From a virus (Duplodnaviria; Caudoviricetes), in IMG/VR virus record IMGVR_UViG_3300025834_000001, positions 1 to 50,658 of that record: a stretch of DNA of 50,658 nt. One strand, given 5' to 3'. Positions 25,475 through 36,097 of this stretch are shown one piece after another. The notes under the pieces are model-generated. The model did not search any database. It was not told where the DNA came from and saw only the letters and a program-made list of their open reading frames with translations. Within the stretch, counting starts at the first letter, position 1, and every line of letters starts with the position of its first letter. A program made the position numbers and the translations under genes.

Positions 25475-26287
25475 TATTCGCAGATAGAATTAAGATTCCA
25501 AGCATTCTACACTATATTAGTAGGCCACCCAGATTTAAACCTGTGTCGTGCCTACATGCCATACAAATGTATCAACGGGTTAGGCGAAACTTTTGACTAT
25601 AACAATCCAGATCACATTCAAAAATGGAATCAAGATTGGTACTACGAAGAAGACGTTACTAAACACTGGGAACCTACTGATGTACATGGTGCCACAACTA
25701 TGAGTGCAACTGGACTTACTCCAGCTGATCCAGAGTTTAAAACATTACGGTCAACCATAGGTAAGCGTCTGAATTTTGCGAAAAATTATGGGGCCCAAAA
25801 GGGACGCATCCGACAGATGTTCCCAGAATGTACTGAAGAAGAAGTTGTCAGAATCAACGACGCTTATTATAATACATTCCCGGGTGTTAAAGAATACCAT
25901 AACTATTGCTACGGCAGAGCCAATATGTACAGTTACACCGAAAACTTATTCGGTGTGCGATACTACGGAGTCAATGGTCATAAACTTATTAACTCACTTG
26001 TTCAAGGAAGTGCAGCGTTCTATCTGAAAAAGAAGATACGAGAAGTATATGACTACTTCAAGTCCAATGAACTTCAGTCCACATTCCAGATGAATATACA
26101 TGATGAACTATCATGGGAAGTATTCGATGGAGAAGAACCACACTTCTTTGAAATCAAAAGAATTATGGAAGACTGGGAAGACGCCCTTGTCCCTATAGTT
26201 GCTGAAATGGACATCACCAACAAGACTTGGGCAGACAAAAAGGGGGTGGTATCAATTGCAAATATCTACGATTATCTTAGCGATTGA
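25475..26287 (+). CDS. polA: Family A DNA polymerase, exon 2 (spliced product about 742 aa)
   Basis: YSQIELR (motif A), KRLNFAKNYG (motif B), NSLVQGSAA and NIHDEL (motif C). Confidence 0.92.
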   Translation, partial: YSQIELRFQAFYTILVGHPDLNLCRAYMPYKCINGLGETFDYNNPDHIQKWNQDWYYEEDVTKHWEPTDVHGATTMSATGLTPADPEFKTLRSTIGKRLNFAKNYGAQKGRIRQMFPECTEEEVVRINDAYYNTFPGVKEYHNYCYGRANMYSYTENLFGVRYYGVNGHKLINSLVQGSAAFYLKKKIREVYDYFKSNELQSTFQMNIHDELSWEVFDGEEPHFFEIKRIMEDWEDALVPIVAEMDITNKTWADKKGVVSIANIYDYLSD

Positions 26288-26793
26288 CCCCTAGTGGGAG
26301 CTTTGAAGAAGGCAAAGGCACGACTGGTTGGTGCTTGTTTAACAGCACCACAAAAGAAGTTCTCCAGATCGGAGAAATCTGTGCCTCATACTTCACTCGT
26401 TCAGAGTTATACTGGGCAGCTCACACTGCATTAATAGAACAAATGAATCAAAGGTATGGGCCAGACATTACTATAGTATGCGAAGACTATATCCTATATG
26501 CAAACAAAGCAAACAGCCAAATCAATTCCAGAATGGAAACACCAAAGTTGATTGCTATATTGCAAAACTTCGCATACATGCTAAACATCCCATTCAAACT
26601 CCAACTAGCAGGGCTTGTAGCCAAGCGTTGGGCTGACGAAATCCTTGAGCATAAAGGGTACATTGAAAAGTATGGCAAACGTAGTTATGTATTAAACCAC
26701 GAAGACTACAAACACAATCTCTCTCAGCATGAACGAGATGCCATACGCCATGCAGTACACTACAGTTATTTTGGGAAGGAGAAAAAGAAATGA
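26256..26793 (+). CDS. RuvC-like Holliday junction resolvase, split by a +1 frame change at CCC-TAG (26289-26294)
   Basis: AGGGGGTGG RBS, then TTG 26256 gives MQISTIILAIDP-stop. The +1 frame continues SGSFEEGKGTTGW...IVCEDY...HERDAIRH, supplying the remaining RuvC acidic residues. Confidence 0.75.
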
Positions 26794-27701
26794 GCGAATT
26801 TGAAACAAGTTATCTCTACAACCAACCGGCTGTAGATGAAATCAAAGTAGGCAATGCAATGCAAGAGGGTAACTTCACTATGAATTTAGAAGGACTCCCA
26901 ATTGTGGTCGATGTAGTAAACATCGGCCAGTATGCAAATGAAGACTATGCTATCCTCCGTAAAAACGGATTAGGTGGTTCTGATTCCTCCAGTGTACTTG
27001 GTGTAAACCCATACACTTCCAGAGCAGAACTTATCCAGGAAAAAGCTAGACGACATTTAACAGAAGAAGAAAAGCTCATTGGAGAAAAGACTGCTGTTAA
27101 AAAAGGACGTGATCTAGAACCACTAATTATCCAGAAGTTTGAAAATTACTTTCAACAAGAAACTTTCAAACCTGCAGATATGTACGGCTACATTGACCAA
27201 CCATATTTGAAAGTTAATTTCGATGGTGTCACAGGAATTCCTGGGCAATACATCCCTGCAGAAATAAAAGTGGTCACAGCCTACGGACAGAAACACTATT
27301 CCCCAGAGCGAGCAATGTTCAGTGAGAACATGGGCTTCAGACCACTCCCCGATAATATCTCAATGAACAACTGGTCAATAGAAACTAAGGCTGGGTTCTA
27401 TGGAATCCCACCATATTACTATACCCAGTTACAAGCACAGATTTCAGCACTGAATGCACCCTTCGGTCATCTGTCAGTTCTGTTTGATAAGGATTGGAAA
27501 TTCTATTCCTTCTTTATCTGGAGAGACGATGCAATGATCTCTGCATTAAAAACAGAGAGTTACAAAGTCTGGGAACAGGTTTTAGCCCTTAGAGCTACTA
27601 AATCAGAGTGGGCAACCAATCCGATAGACATATCCACTATGAAACCCATGGAACCGTTGCAATTACACGCTTCCAGCCCGGGCTTCAAAATTGAGTTCTA
27701 A
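26790..27701 (+). CDS. YqaJ-like (lambda-exonuclease family) nuclease
   Basis: RKNGLGGSD, GRDLEP, NFDG, AEIK and YYYTQLQ. Confidence 0.88.
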   Translation: MSEFETSYLYNQPAVDEIKVGNAMQEGNFTMNLEGLPIVVDVVNIGQYANEDYAILRKNGLGGSDSSSVLGVNPYTSRAELIQEKARRHLTEEEKLIGEKTAVKKGRDLEPLIIQKFENYFQQETFKPADMYGYIDQPYLKVNFDGVTGIPGQYIPAEIKVVTAYGQKHYSPERAMFSENMGFRPLPDNISMNNWSIETKAGFYGIPPYYYTQLQAQISALNAPFGHLSVLFDKDWKFYSFFIWRDDAMISALKTESYKVWEQVLALRATKSEWATNPIDISTMKPMEPLQLHASSPGFKIEF

Positions 27702-27737
27702 GCGATTTAATTTTAAATTAGGTAATAGTAGTCCACG

Positions 27738-27771
27738 AAAAAACCAGAGAAATCACTCTCTGGTTTTTTTT
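27738..27771. terminator. Bidirectional terminator between the convergent genome arms
   Basis: AAAAAACCAGAG-loop-CTCTGGTTTTTTTT. Confidence 0.9.
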
Positions 27772-27784
27772 ATGCCAATCAAGT

Positions 27785-30700
27785 CTACCTATAGTAATAA
27801 AACATATCTTTCAGTCTAAACTGTAACATCTTCGGTGTTAGCTTGGTCATTCTCATAGATTGTTTACTGTTACCTTTCTTACTGTAATGTTTCTTAAAGA
27901 AAGATTCATAACGACCAGCCTTCTGGTTAGGGTAATACTTCTTAAAGTATGATCGTCTTCCACTCTTGCTGTATGCTTTACCTGCCCCCGAATAAGAACT
28001 GTACTTCTTGCCACTTGATTTCTTCTTTGGACTTCTTGGTTGCCATCTCATGTTTGCTCCAAATACACTTGGTGCGATCTGGGATAGAGCTTGAGATATA
28101 GGGTGCCCTTCTAATCTTTCAGAATACCTTGGTATCTGCTCTCCAATACGTTGAGCTAGTGGCCCTATCGCTGGTAGATATGCTGCAGCCATTTGAAGAT
28201 TGGTTTGAGCTTCTTGATCTTGCATCGCTAACAACATCGCTGTAATAGGATACTTCAACCCAGCATTTACCCTGTTCCACATCGATCCATCTATCGTACC
28301 CTCGTCTGTTCTGAGAGGGGGCTGTGTTAACAGGTTATACACATCCATATACGACGGATTCAACTTCAATGTCATGTTGGTATCTTCAAACTCTATATTA
28401 CCTTGAAGGAGACTATACTGTAGTGACCTATTATTTTCTAGTTCTTCCTGTGGAATAGAATCAAAATTCCAGATAGGCCTCATAGTATCTCCCATCATAC
28501 TGAACAACCTAGGATTGTTACTCATGACATCTATCCAAAACTCCAAGTTCCTCATTGTGAATGTATAGAACGGGATTACTAACTCAGCGATATATTCTGA
28601 AGGGTTCTTCAACCCATATTCAAAATGCGTTTTAGCTACCATTGTATACGCTTCTGATTGTGACCTACCACCTTTTTCAAGTGCCCATAAATACTCAGCA
28701 TACCGGGCAATTGATTCTACCTTTTGAGTAGGCTGTAACATAAACTCTACACCTATGTTTGCTGTCTGCCAAAGCTCATGTTCTACAGTCCTGTCTTTAG
28801 AAGCAATCATTTGCTTGTAGTAGTCTATACTTAATTCATCACCTTTTTCTCGGGCTTCTTTAAGTTTATCTCCCCAACCTTTATAAGTCTGGTTGAAGGA
28901 TTCCTGGTATGCCTTATTCATCTCAGCTGCTTGTCCTGCGGCTGGGCCATCTTGATGAAAAATATGAATTCTGCTAAATTCTTCTCTAGTCATTTTAGAT
29001 GGTTGTGGATTAGCACTAGAGAAATACCAATCAATACTTTGTAATTGGATTCTATTATACTTGCTATGGCTAATTATGTCTTTTAGTGCAGTATTATATC
29101 GACCTTCATCTCGTAAGGCTCTACCATAGAATGCCATCATTTCTAAAGGGCTCTCTGTGACAATTGCATTCTTTACGAAAGCATCTACAGCATTACGGAA
29201 TACAGCACCTCCTGTCATTAGATACCCCATCTTAGATAGATAGGTAAACTTCTGTACAGTTCTTAACCACATATTATCAAAATGGAAATCATTGATTGTT
29301 TGGAACGCTTTACTGTATGTCTGGTAATGCATGAACACTGGATTAAGTTTACGAGCTGCTGCTAAATCAGCCTCATTCCTAATCATAAGTTCTACTACAC
29401 GAGCTCCTGTCTTTGACTTAGGGTCTTTTATAAGTGCTACAAGTCTTTGTTCTGGAGCTGCCTTCAATGCTTTTACAATTTCTATATCATCCATTTTTGA
29501 TAACAGCCCTGTATTAATACTATGCATTTCATCGAAGAATAATTGCATGTATCCTACAACAGCATCTACAGTCATAGCATGATACTTAGCACTGTTTATT
29601 AAGCCTTGTGCCATGGAACCGGGGTACCCTTGCTGGAATATACGACGGTATTTGGCTGAGCCAATAGAGGAAGTGAATGTATCTGAGGCATCCATCCGAG
29701 TGTGATGTAACAGTTCGTCAGACTCTGGTAGAGCTTGACGTAATCTATCGGAGAATGTGTTATAGTAATCCTCATATAAACTAGGGTTGGCGATCTCTCC
29801 CATGGAGAAATCAATTTTATCCCCAACCAAAATCTCTTGCTGTGCATGGACATCCATGTATAGTTTAGATAACTCAAGATTACCCGTCAGTTTTGATTCC
29901 TTAAGGGCTTGGGCCATGTTCAGTCGTGGTAGAGTGGTTGGCACAACACTGGAATCTGGTCTAACACGGGAAAGCACTAATCGAATTTCATCCCCTATGA
30001 AAACCTTTTTAGGGTTATTAAATTTACTATTATACAATTTTATAAGATGGGAGTTAAGAAAGTCTTCCAATACTTTTGGATCCCCCAGCTTTCTAACTGA
30101 TTTACTAGCTTCAAATAAACAACTGTCAATTTTTTCTTTGGTTGCTCTTAACGCTTTAGAGGCATCTGTAACTTCTATATCTGCTTCCTCATGTAGCCTA
30201 TTACGAATTTCTATTAAGCCTTCTTTTATTTCATCCCAGTTTTTGTACTGTTTGCCTGTCACTAAATTGGCTATCTCGTTATATACCTCTGGTGTTTTAG
30301 CTATGACATCTGGGATAGTGTGTTGATTCACAATATCCTCTGTGACTGTAACCATATTACTTTCAAACTCGATACCAGTTCTAGCTGTAAATTCTGGAGT
30401 GAGTTTCTTTTGGAAAGCAACAAACATATCTACAACATCCATGTCTTGCTCAAACCCTAGTATGCATATCTTCATCATACGCTTACTTCTTAACAATGCC
30501 CATGCCAATGTGTCTTCATCAAAGGATAATACTATCTTCATCTGCTGTCTTGCCATTGCATGTTGTACTGCTTTATGATAGCTCATGTATTTTTGGAATC
30601 CTTCGGCATCTACGGAACCATCCCCTTTAATAAATGCTCTAACATCTTTAGCAATCTTGCGTCCTAACATATAGGATGGTTTCAGTAAGGCAGCTCTTTT

Positions 30701-33700
30701 GTCATATAGTGCTCTTGCAGCCTCTCCTAAAGAAGCTACGTTTGCAGCTTGGTGCAGAACATTCATGAAGTCGGCCTGTCTTGCGTACACATCTTCCACA
30801 GCATCTATGATTTTAACAAGGTCTACTTGTGGTGTGTTAACGCTGACAGAGTCTATCAGTTTGTAAATCTGGTCAACGTCAAATTCATCCACAGGGCGTT
30901 CCTCATTATGGAACTTATTAAACTCTTTATTAAATTCATCCATCTGTCTTGCACGGAAGTTCAATTCATTCTCACTAAATACTAGCTTTCTTGAGTTCTT
31001 GAAATCAAGTAATAGTTTGACTACAGCTTTAGAGTCTGCGTCAGTAAGTAGGTCTAGGGCTGCACGGAACTGCTCTCCCATTGAACTTTTTAATAGGAAC
31101 CTTGCAGTAGCGTAATCTACCAAAGTATCCTTATTTAATTTAACATGTTTTAAATAAGGGTGTGCCTTGATCATATTGGCTACTAACTCATTTATCTCTG
31201 GTGTGAACGGGTTACGTTTGAACAGAGCTGTGTTTGCAATACTGTCTGCTGTACGCCCCACAATATTAATAACCTTACCAAAGGTAATGATATACTGTTT
31301 ATCATCTACGATACGTAGGATATTCTGGATATCATCTACTGCAATTCTAGAAACCATTATCGGGTCGTAGTTCTTTTTAATTCCGTATAGTGGAGCTGGG
31401 TTTAAATGTTTCACACCATCAGCATCTACATAGCTTCTGTAAATCTGGTTAATATTAATAGGCTCATATATTGCAGACCTTGTGGCTAAAATTGCATCAT
31501 CATATTGTGCACCCCTTTTAGCAATGACATACTGGTGTGCCATAGCTCTATTAGAATTTTTAATACCCAAATACACCGACCTTAATTCATAAGCCAGTGT
31601 GCTTAAATTTTTCAATAGTGGAGCTGATACTCTAAACCCATCGTGCTCAAGTTCGTACTTTTCAAAAGCACCTTTAACATTGTCTATTAGATTTAACAGC
31701 TTGGAATCGGGCAATTGCAACAGGTCTAGCTCAAAGTTAGAGTCTCCAGATACCAATGCTTTCTGCCTATAAAATAACTTCTGTGTTAAAGCAGACAGCA
31801 CATGCTTCTGTTCTCTACTTATTTCAGCAGCTCCTAGCTTCTTTTTATACAACTCCATAGCATCTACATGGGATACGTTCTTGCTTTGTAATAATGACCT
31901 CATTGCATTGATACGAGTTACCTCTACTAAGAATTTCTCTGGGCTTAGATCTATCCTAAGCCTAGCTTCTTCTCGATCAAGTATTTTCTTAAGGAACGGT
32001 AAATCGAAGTCTCCACCATTCCATGTAATAAATCTTACTTTACCTGTTTCCCCAGGACCCCCAATACGAGCTCCTATCTTTTTCTTGTAACTAAACATTG
32101 GAGCTAACGCATCTTCAATTAACTCATACTGTGCTTTGTCATGGTGTGTGGCAGTTGACTTCATATACTTAGCATATACTTTCTCATATGTCGTCTTGGG
32201 GTTTTTCTTAAATGCCTTAATGAAGAACTCATTTTCACTATACAGTTCCTCCATAAGTTCTGCACTTGGTGGTCTCTCTGGCATTTGTATAACTTCATTA
32301 ACATCAACACCCTTACTACCAGAAGCTCTCAAAACTAATTCAGTTACATCTCCGTTAGGTCTACCGTCTGTTTCAATATCAAAGTAGATTGGGCGTATGC
32401 CTTTTTCTTCCATCTCTTTGATTAACTCTGGGAATTCTCTTTGAGTTATAAGTTCAAGTGCATGTGTGTCCCCTCTGCCTGTATGTGGGGTTCCCTCTAC
32501 TTGGGCTAAAAACTCTGGGTCAAGATAGAATAAATCCTGCTTGTAAGACCTATCTTGCAATATGGTTTGCAGTTGAGTTTCCGTATCTTGAATGATATGG
32601 TATACTGCATTGCTTATATCGTCATCTGTCATTTCACTTGTTATTTTATTACGAGCCGAACTATGTATAGAGTTTAGAAAGGCTACTCTTACATCCGGGG
32701 CAACTACTTCTGAAATTCTACCGTATACTTCAGAAACAAAATCTCTACTGTTGGCGACACTACTTTGTATCATAGTCATTGCATCTGTTAATTCAGCTAC
32801 TTCTTCTATTCCTTTTGTAGTGGTGTCTACCATATTGATTTCGTCAAGCACAGCCTCCATAGCCTCATGAACATTAGACTCAACCAACATAGTTTCAAAC
32901 CCTTGCTGTTGGTCAAATTTATAAGTGTACCAAACACTTTTCATGTTCATATTCCCTATAGGAGAGTGTATCAAAGAATCGCTTAATTCGTCAATCATAT
33001 CCATCATCTTGTATGCATGAGTGGCAAATTCATCTTTAGTAAATGGTAGTTCTAGGAATGCATTAGTGGTTTTATCTTCTTTTATCTTTCTAAGAGTATG
33101 CTCCATACTTGTTTTTATACTTCTTAAGACAATTAAGTATTCTTTGACTACAGTTACAGTCTTTAAATTTTTATCGTCAAAGGATTTTAAAGCATCTGTG
33201 TATCTACTCCAAGTTTGTTCCAAGTACATAGGGTCTTTAATAGGGGCCCCTTTAGTAATTTCATCCCCTTGTATCAACTTATCTCTATACCCTGTTGGAG
33301 AGTCAGCGTCACGAACAACACCTTTAACTCCAACATCTGCATGGTCTATAGGTATGTCATTTGCAGGTGTGTCGGTGTATTTACCAACTACATCTCCAGT
33401 GGAGCGTTGTATAATGTCCCCTTTATTAGTAAGTATCTTACCTACCTGTTCCTCGGGCACAGCTTTTGCAATATTACCTAGGTATATTTGGTTTATTAAA
33501 TTCTTATTAAAGGTGGTTATGTTAACCCCTTTAGGTATCTGTATCTTATAAGTAAACTCTTGGAAGTGTTTCGTAATATCAAAAGGAACCTTAGTAAACT
33601 TTGCATTAGCTTCACCTGTTTTAGTTAGCGTATCCTTGATTAATTTGAGCATAGCAACTTCATCTGGAATTTCTCCATTGGCTCCGATTGTCACACGCTG

Positions 33701-36082
33701 TGCGTCACGAGCTTCCTTGATCGCTGCCTTTAAATATTCGATATGGACTTCTTGCTGTGTGATAGTTTCTATATCCAACAATCTTTGGAGTATATTATTA
33801 GGGCCGCCTTGCTTCAATGGAGACCTATCTAATAATGTAGCGTATTCTTCTCTAAGATTCTTCAAAGCTGTTTCAGCGTTATCCAACGCTATAGACGCTT
33901 CTTTAACTTTATCATGTGCTGCTTTTGCTTTTACGTTACTTTTAATACTATCCTGCTGTCCTTCTGCACTTAATAAATCAGCTTTAGCTTTAGCCACTTT
34001 ATCCATGGCGACAGGAACCTCAGTAACAGAACGCCTATTGACTTCTAACATTGCTTCTTCTGGAGTTGCAAACTTTAATTTATATAATGTAGCTTCAACC
34101 CAGTGTTTGGTGTTAGTATATAAGTCTTGGGTAGATTTAGACATTTTGGTAAAACCCTCTGATCGAACAACAGTATCTAATACTCTATCAATTCTAGATA
34201 AATTTTTAGTTCCTTCCTCACCCATTAATTTTTCTGCTAATCTCTGCATTATCTTCTGCTGTCTGATAAATGCAGGGGGAACGATTGGATCCTCACTTAA
34301 GTTCTTAGTATAGTAATTGATATCGTCATAATGTTTTGCCATAGCTCGTTTAAATGCTCTGTCAAAGTTAGCTTCTGCTCGAAGTTCTTTATACACCCCT
34401 ACCCAGTAAGTGTGGTATCTCTCATACATTTCTGGATGATCCACAGCCAAATCTCTTAATTTACGTATTAAGTCTACCATGGTTGTAGCCTCTGGGTGGA
34501 GCTCTCTTACCTTTTGATCTACCAAAGTCCGCTGCATCTGAGATGTCATTTCAGAGTTTCTGGACGCAGCAAAACGGATGTCTCTCAACATCTTATCTAG
34601 ACTTGCAGCATTATGGGATATGCGATCATAATACTCTTTGAATTTAGTGTCTAATGCCATTGGAGGTCTATCATTACTTTTCATATATTTTAGAATTGCA
34701 TCGGCTCCTGCATCATCAACTAAAAATATATCTCTTATATTCCCCCGTAGTATATACATATTTTCTTGTACTGTATGTACCTCGTCAAACAAGCCACCTC
34801 TTAAGCTGTAAAGTGTTTTCTTAACTTCAGCAGTGTTAGACCTTATGGACTCTCTCAATAAACTTTCGTGTATTGCTTTGTAATCCATATCATCGCCTGT
34901 CTTGACTAGAGCTTGATTCAATGGCAATATTCCTCGTTCCATTGCGTCAAGAGCATCAACAGCACGTAGTATATTTAATGTGTTACGGGGAGTAAAGAAT
35001 GATTGTGCAATATTAACCATTCTGTTATTAGCTAATTGTTTTGCACCTCTAATGCCCTTGTATAATAAGTACCCTGTTGCTCCAACCGGTGTTCCGTTCA
35101 AAGCTCCTAGTAACATATTCTTCTCAAAGGCTTGTGCAGGTGCCAGAAGTTTAGATGTACTTTCTAGGATACGAATAGATTGGTCATCCAAGGCTTGTTT
35201 CCTCAGCAGTTCCCCAATCTGTTTCAAGGCATCCATACCTTCTGGGGTAGCCATATACCTTGCGGCGAAGTCATTGGACGCATGAAACTCTATACTTTTA
35301 ACTATGGCTTCATCAAATGTTTTATAGATTCCATTCTGTACAGCTTCGGTTGCTTCCTTAACTGTTTTCTTTATAAACTTTTCAGCCCCAGCTTCGGCCA
35401 CATCTACAACACCTTTAGCAGCCACATCTCCTAATGCAGTAGTCATTGCTTTTCTTAGACCTGCTTTAGTACCGGCTGTTACAGCTGACTTGGCCCCGAG
35501 TGTAACCCAGTTTAAAGGGTCTATGATAACTTCCATAAAGATATCTGCTGCCAGATTACCTGTATCGAAGTCGAAGTTCTTTCTACCCGGAGTATCATCA
35601 TCCCAACCTATGGCTTGTTTGAACCCGTCCCAACCGTAGCCTTGTGCTACAGCTTTGATAGGATTGGCTAGAATATCTATATTCTCTGTAAATGACATAA
35701 GGTTATTCAACGCCAAAGCAGTCCAATCATTTTCTTTGATTGGGCGTATGGTTGTTTTGTATAATACTTCAGCCATTCCTGGGATAATATTAAGGATTGG
35801 AATATCAGACATTCCACCCCACTTAAAATCTCTGGTTAAAGAGCTTGGATTTAATAGTGTGGAGAATATATCTGCAAAGGAATTCAGTTCAGTTGGATCA
35901 TTGTAGTTTATAAAAGGACGGTCTGGCATATCCCAAGGGGTTGACTTCCAGTAACCATAGGGGTTCTTATACTTATTATCATAAGGGTTCGGATATTTGT
36001 CACCATATGGAGAAGAAGAACTCTGGTATGAGTCCTTCTTTTCATATGAATTAGGATACTTATAGCTTACGAATTTAGCCAT
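27785..36082 (-). CDS. Giant (2765 aa) probable internal virion/ejection protein with an embedded DEDD exonuclease-like domain
   Basis: Last gene of the structural arm, mostly helical, with an AAGGAG RBS. Internal motifs IYFDIET, ITWNGGDFDLPFL and HVDAM. Confidence 0.65.
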   Translation of the reverse strand: MAKFVSYKYPNSYEKKDSYQSSSSPYGDKYPNPYDNKYKNPYGYWKSTPWDMPDRPFINYNDPTELNSFADIFSTLLNPSSLTRDFKWGGMSDIPILNIIPGMAEVLYKTTIRPIKENDWTALALNNLMSFTENIDILANPIKAVAQGYGWDGFKQAIGWDDDTPGRKNFDFDTGNLAADIFMEVIIDPLNWVTLGAKSAVTAGTKAGLRKAMTTALGDVAAKGVVDVAEAGAEKFIKKTVKEATEAVQNGIYKTFDEAIVKSIEFHASNDFAARYMATPEGMDALKQIGELLRKQALDDQSIRILESTSKLLAPAQAFEKNMLLGALNGTPVGATGYLLYKGIRGAKQLANNRMVNIAQSFFTPRNTLNILRAVDALDAMERGILPLNQALVKTGDDMDYKAIHESLLRESIRSNTAEVKKTLYSLRGGLFDEVHTVQENMYILRGNIRDIFLVDDAGADAILKYMKSNDRPPMALDTKFKEYYDRISHNAASLDKMLRDIRFAASRNSEMTSQMQRTLVDQKVRELHPEATTMVDLIRKLRDLAVDHPEMYERYHTYWVGVYKELRAEANFDRAFKRAMAKHYDDINYYTKNLSEDPIVPPAFIRQQKIMQRLAEKLMGEEGTKNLSRIDRVLDTVVRSEGFTKMSKSTQDLYTNTKHWVEATLYKLKFATPEEAMLEVNRRSVTEVPVAMDKVAKAKADLLSAEGQQDSIKSNVKAKAAHDKVKEASIALDNAETALKNLREEYATLLDRSPLKQGGPNNILQRLLDIETITQQEVHIEYLKAAIKEARDAQRVTIGANGEIPDEVAMLKLIKDTLTKTGEANAKFTKVPFDITKHFQEFTYKIQIPKGVNITTFNKNLINQIYLGNIAKAVPEEQVGKILTNKGDIIQRSTGDVVGKYTDTPANDIPIDHADVGVKGVVRDADSPTGYRDKLIQGDEITKGAPIKDPMYLEQTWSRYTDALKSFDDKNLKTVTVVKEYLIVLRSIKTSMEHTLRKIKEDKTTNAFLELPFTKDEFATHAYKMMDMIDELSDSLIHSPIGNMNMKSVWYTYKFDQQQGFETMLVESNVHEAMEAVLDEINMVDTTTKGIEEVAELTDAMTMIQSSVANSRDFVSEVYGRISEVVAPDVRVAFLNSIHSSARNKITSEMTDDDISNAVYHIIQDTETQLQTILQDRSYKQDLFYLDPEFLAQVEGTPHTGRGDTHALELITQREFPELIKEMEEKGIRPIYFDIETDGRPNGDVTELVLRASGSKGVDVNEVIQMPERPPSAELMEELYSENEFFIKAFKKNPKTTYEKVYAKYMKSTATHHDKAQYELIEDALAPMFSYKKKIGARIGGPGETGKVRFITWNGGDFDLPFLKKILDREEARLRIDLSPEKFLVEVTRINAMRSLLQSKNVSHVDAMELYKKKLGAAEISREQKHVLSALTQKLFYRQKALVSGDSNFELDLLQLPDSKLLNLIDNVKGAFEKYELEHDGFRVSAPLLKNLSTLAYELRSVYLGIKNSNRAMAHQYVIAKRGAQYDDAILATRSAIYEPININQIYRSYVDADGVKHLNPAPLYGIKKNYDPIMVSRIAVDDIQNILRIVDDKQYIITFGKVINIVGRTADSIANTALFKRNPFTPEINELVANMIKAHPYLKHVKLNKDTLVDYATARFLLKSSMGEQFRAALDLLTDADSKAVVKLLLDFKNSRKLVFSENELNFRARQMDEFNKEFNKFHNEERPVDEFDVDQIYKLIDSVSVNTPQVDLVKIIDAVEDVYARQADFMNVLHQAANVASLGEAARALYDKRAALLKPSYMLGRKIAKDVRAFIKGDGSVDAEGFQKYMSYHKAVQHAMARQQMKIVLSFDEDTLAWALLRSKRMMKICILGFEQDMDVVDMFVAFQKKLTPEFTARTGIEFESNMVTVTEDIVNQHTIPDVIAKTPEVYNEIANLVTGKQYKNWDEIKEGLIEIRNRLHEEADIEVTDASKALRATKEKIDSCLFEASKSVRKLGDPKVLEDFLNSHLIKLYNSKFNNPKKVFIGDEIRLVLSRVRPDSSVVPTTLPRLNMAQALKESKLTGNLELSKLYMDVHAQQEILVGDKIDFSMGEIANPSLYEDYYNTFSDRLRQALPESDELLHHTRMDASDTFTSSIGSAKYRRIFQQGYPGSMAQGLINSAKYHAMTVDAVVGYMQLFFDEMHSINTGLLSKMDDIEIVKALKAAPEQRLVALIKDPKSKTGARVVELMIRNEADLAAARKLNPVFMHYQTYSKAFQTINDFHFDNMWLRTVQKFTYLSKMGYLMTGGAVFRNAVDAFVKNAIVTESPLEMMAFYGRALRDEGRYNTALKDIISHSKYNRIQLQSIDWYFSSANPQPSKMTREEFSRIHIFHQDGPAAGQAAEMNKAYQESFNQTYKGWGDKLKEAREKGDELSIDYYKQMIASKDRTVEHELWQTANIGVEFMLQPTQKVESIARYAEYLWALEKGGRSQSEAYTMVAKTHFEYGLKNPSEYIAELVIPFYTFTMRNLEFWIDVMSNNPRLFSMMGDTMRPIWNFDSIPQEELENNRSLQYSLLQGNIEFEDTNMTLKLNPSYMDVYNLLTQPPLRTDEGTIDGSMWNRVNAGLKYPITAMLLAMQDQEAQTNLQMAAAYLPAIGPLAQRIGEQIPRYSERLEGHPISQALSQIAPSVFGANMRWQPRSPKKKSSGKKYSSYSGAGKAYSKSGRRSYFKKYYPNQKAGRYESFFKKHYSKKGNSKQSMRMTKLTPKMLQFRLKDMFYYYR

Positions 36083-36097
36083 GTTTCTCTCCTTATT

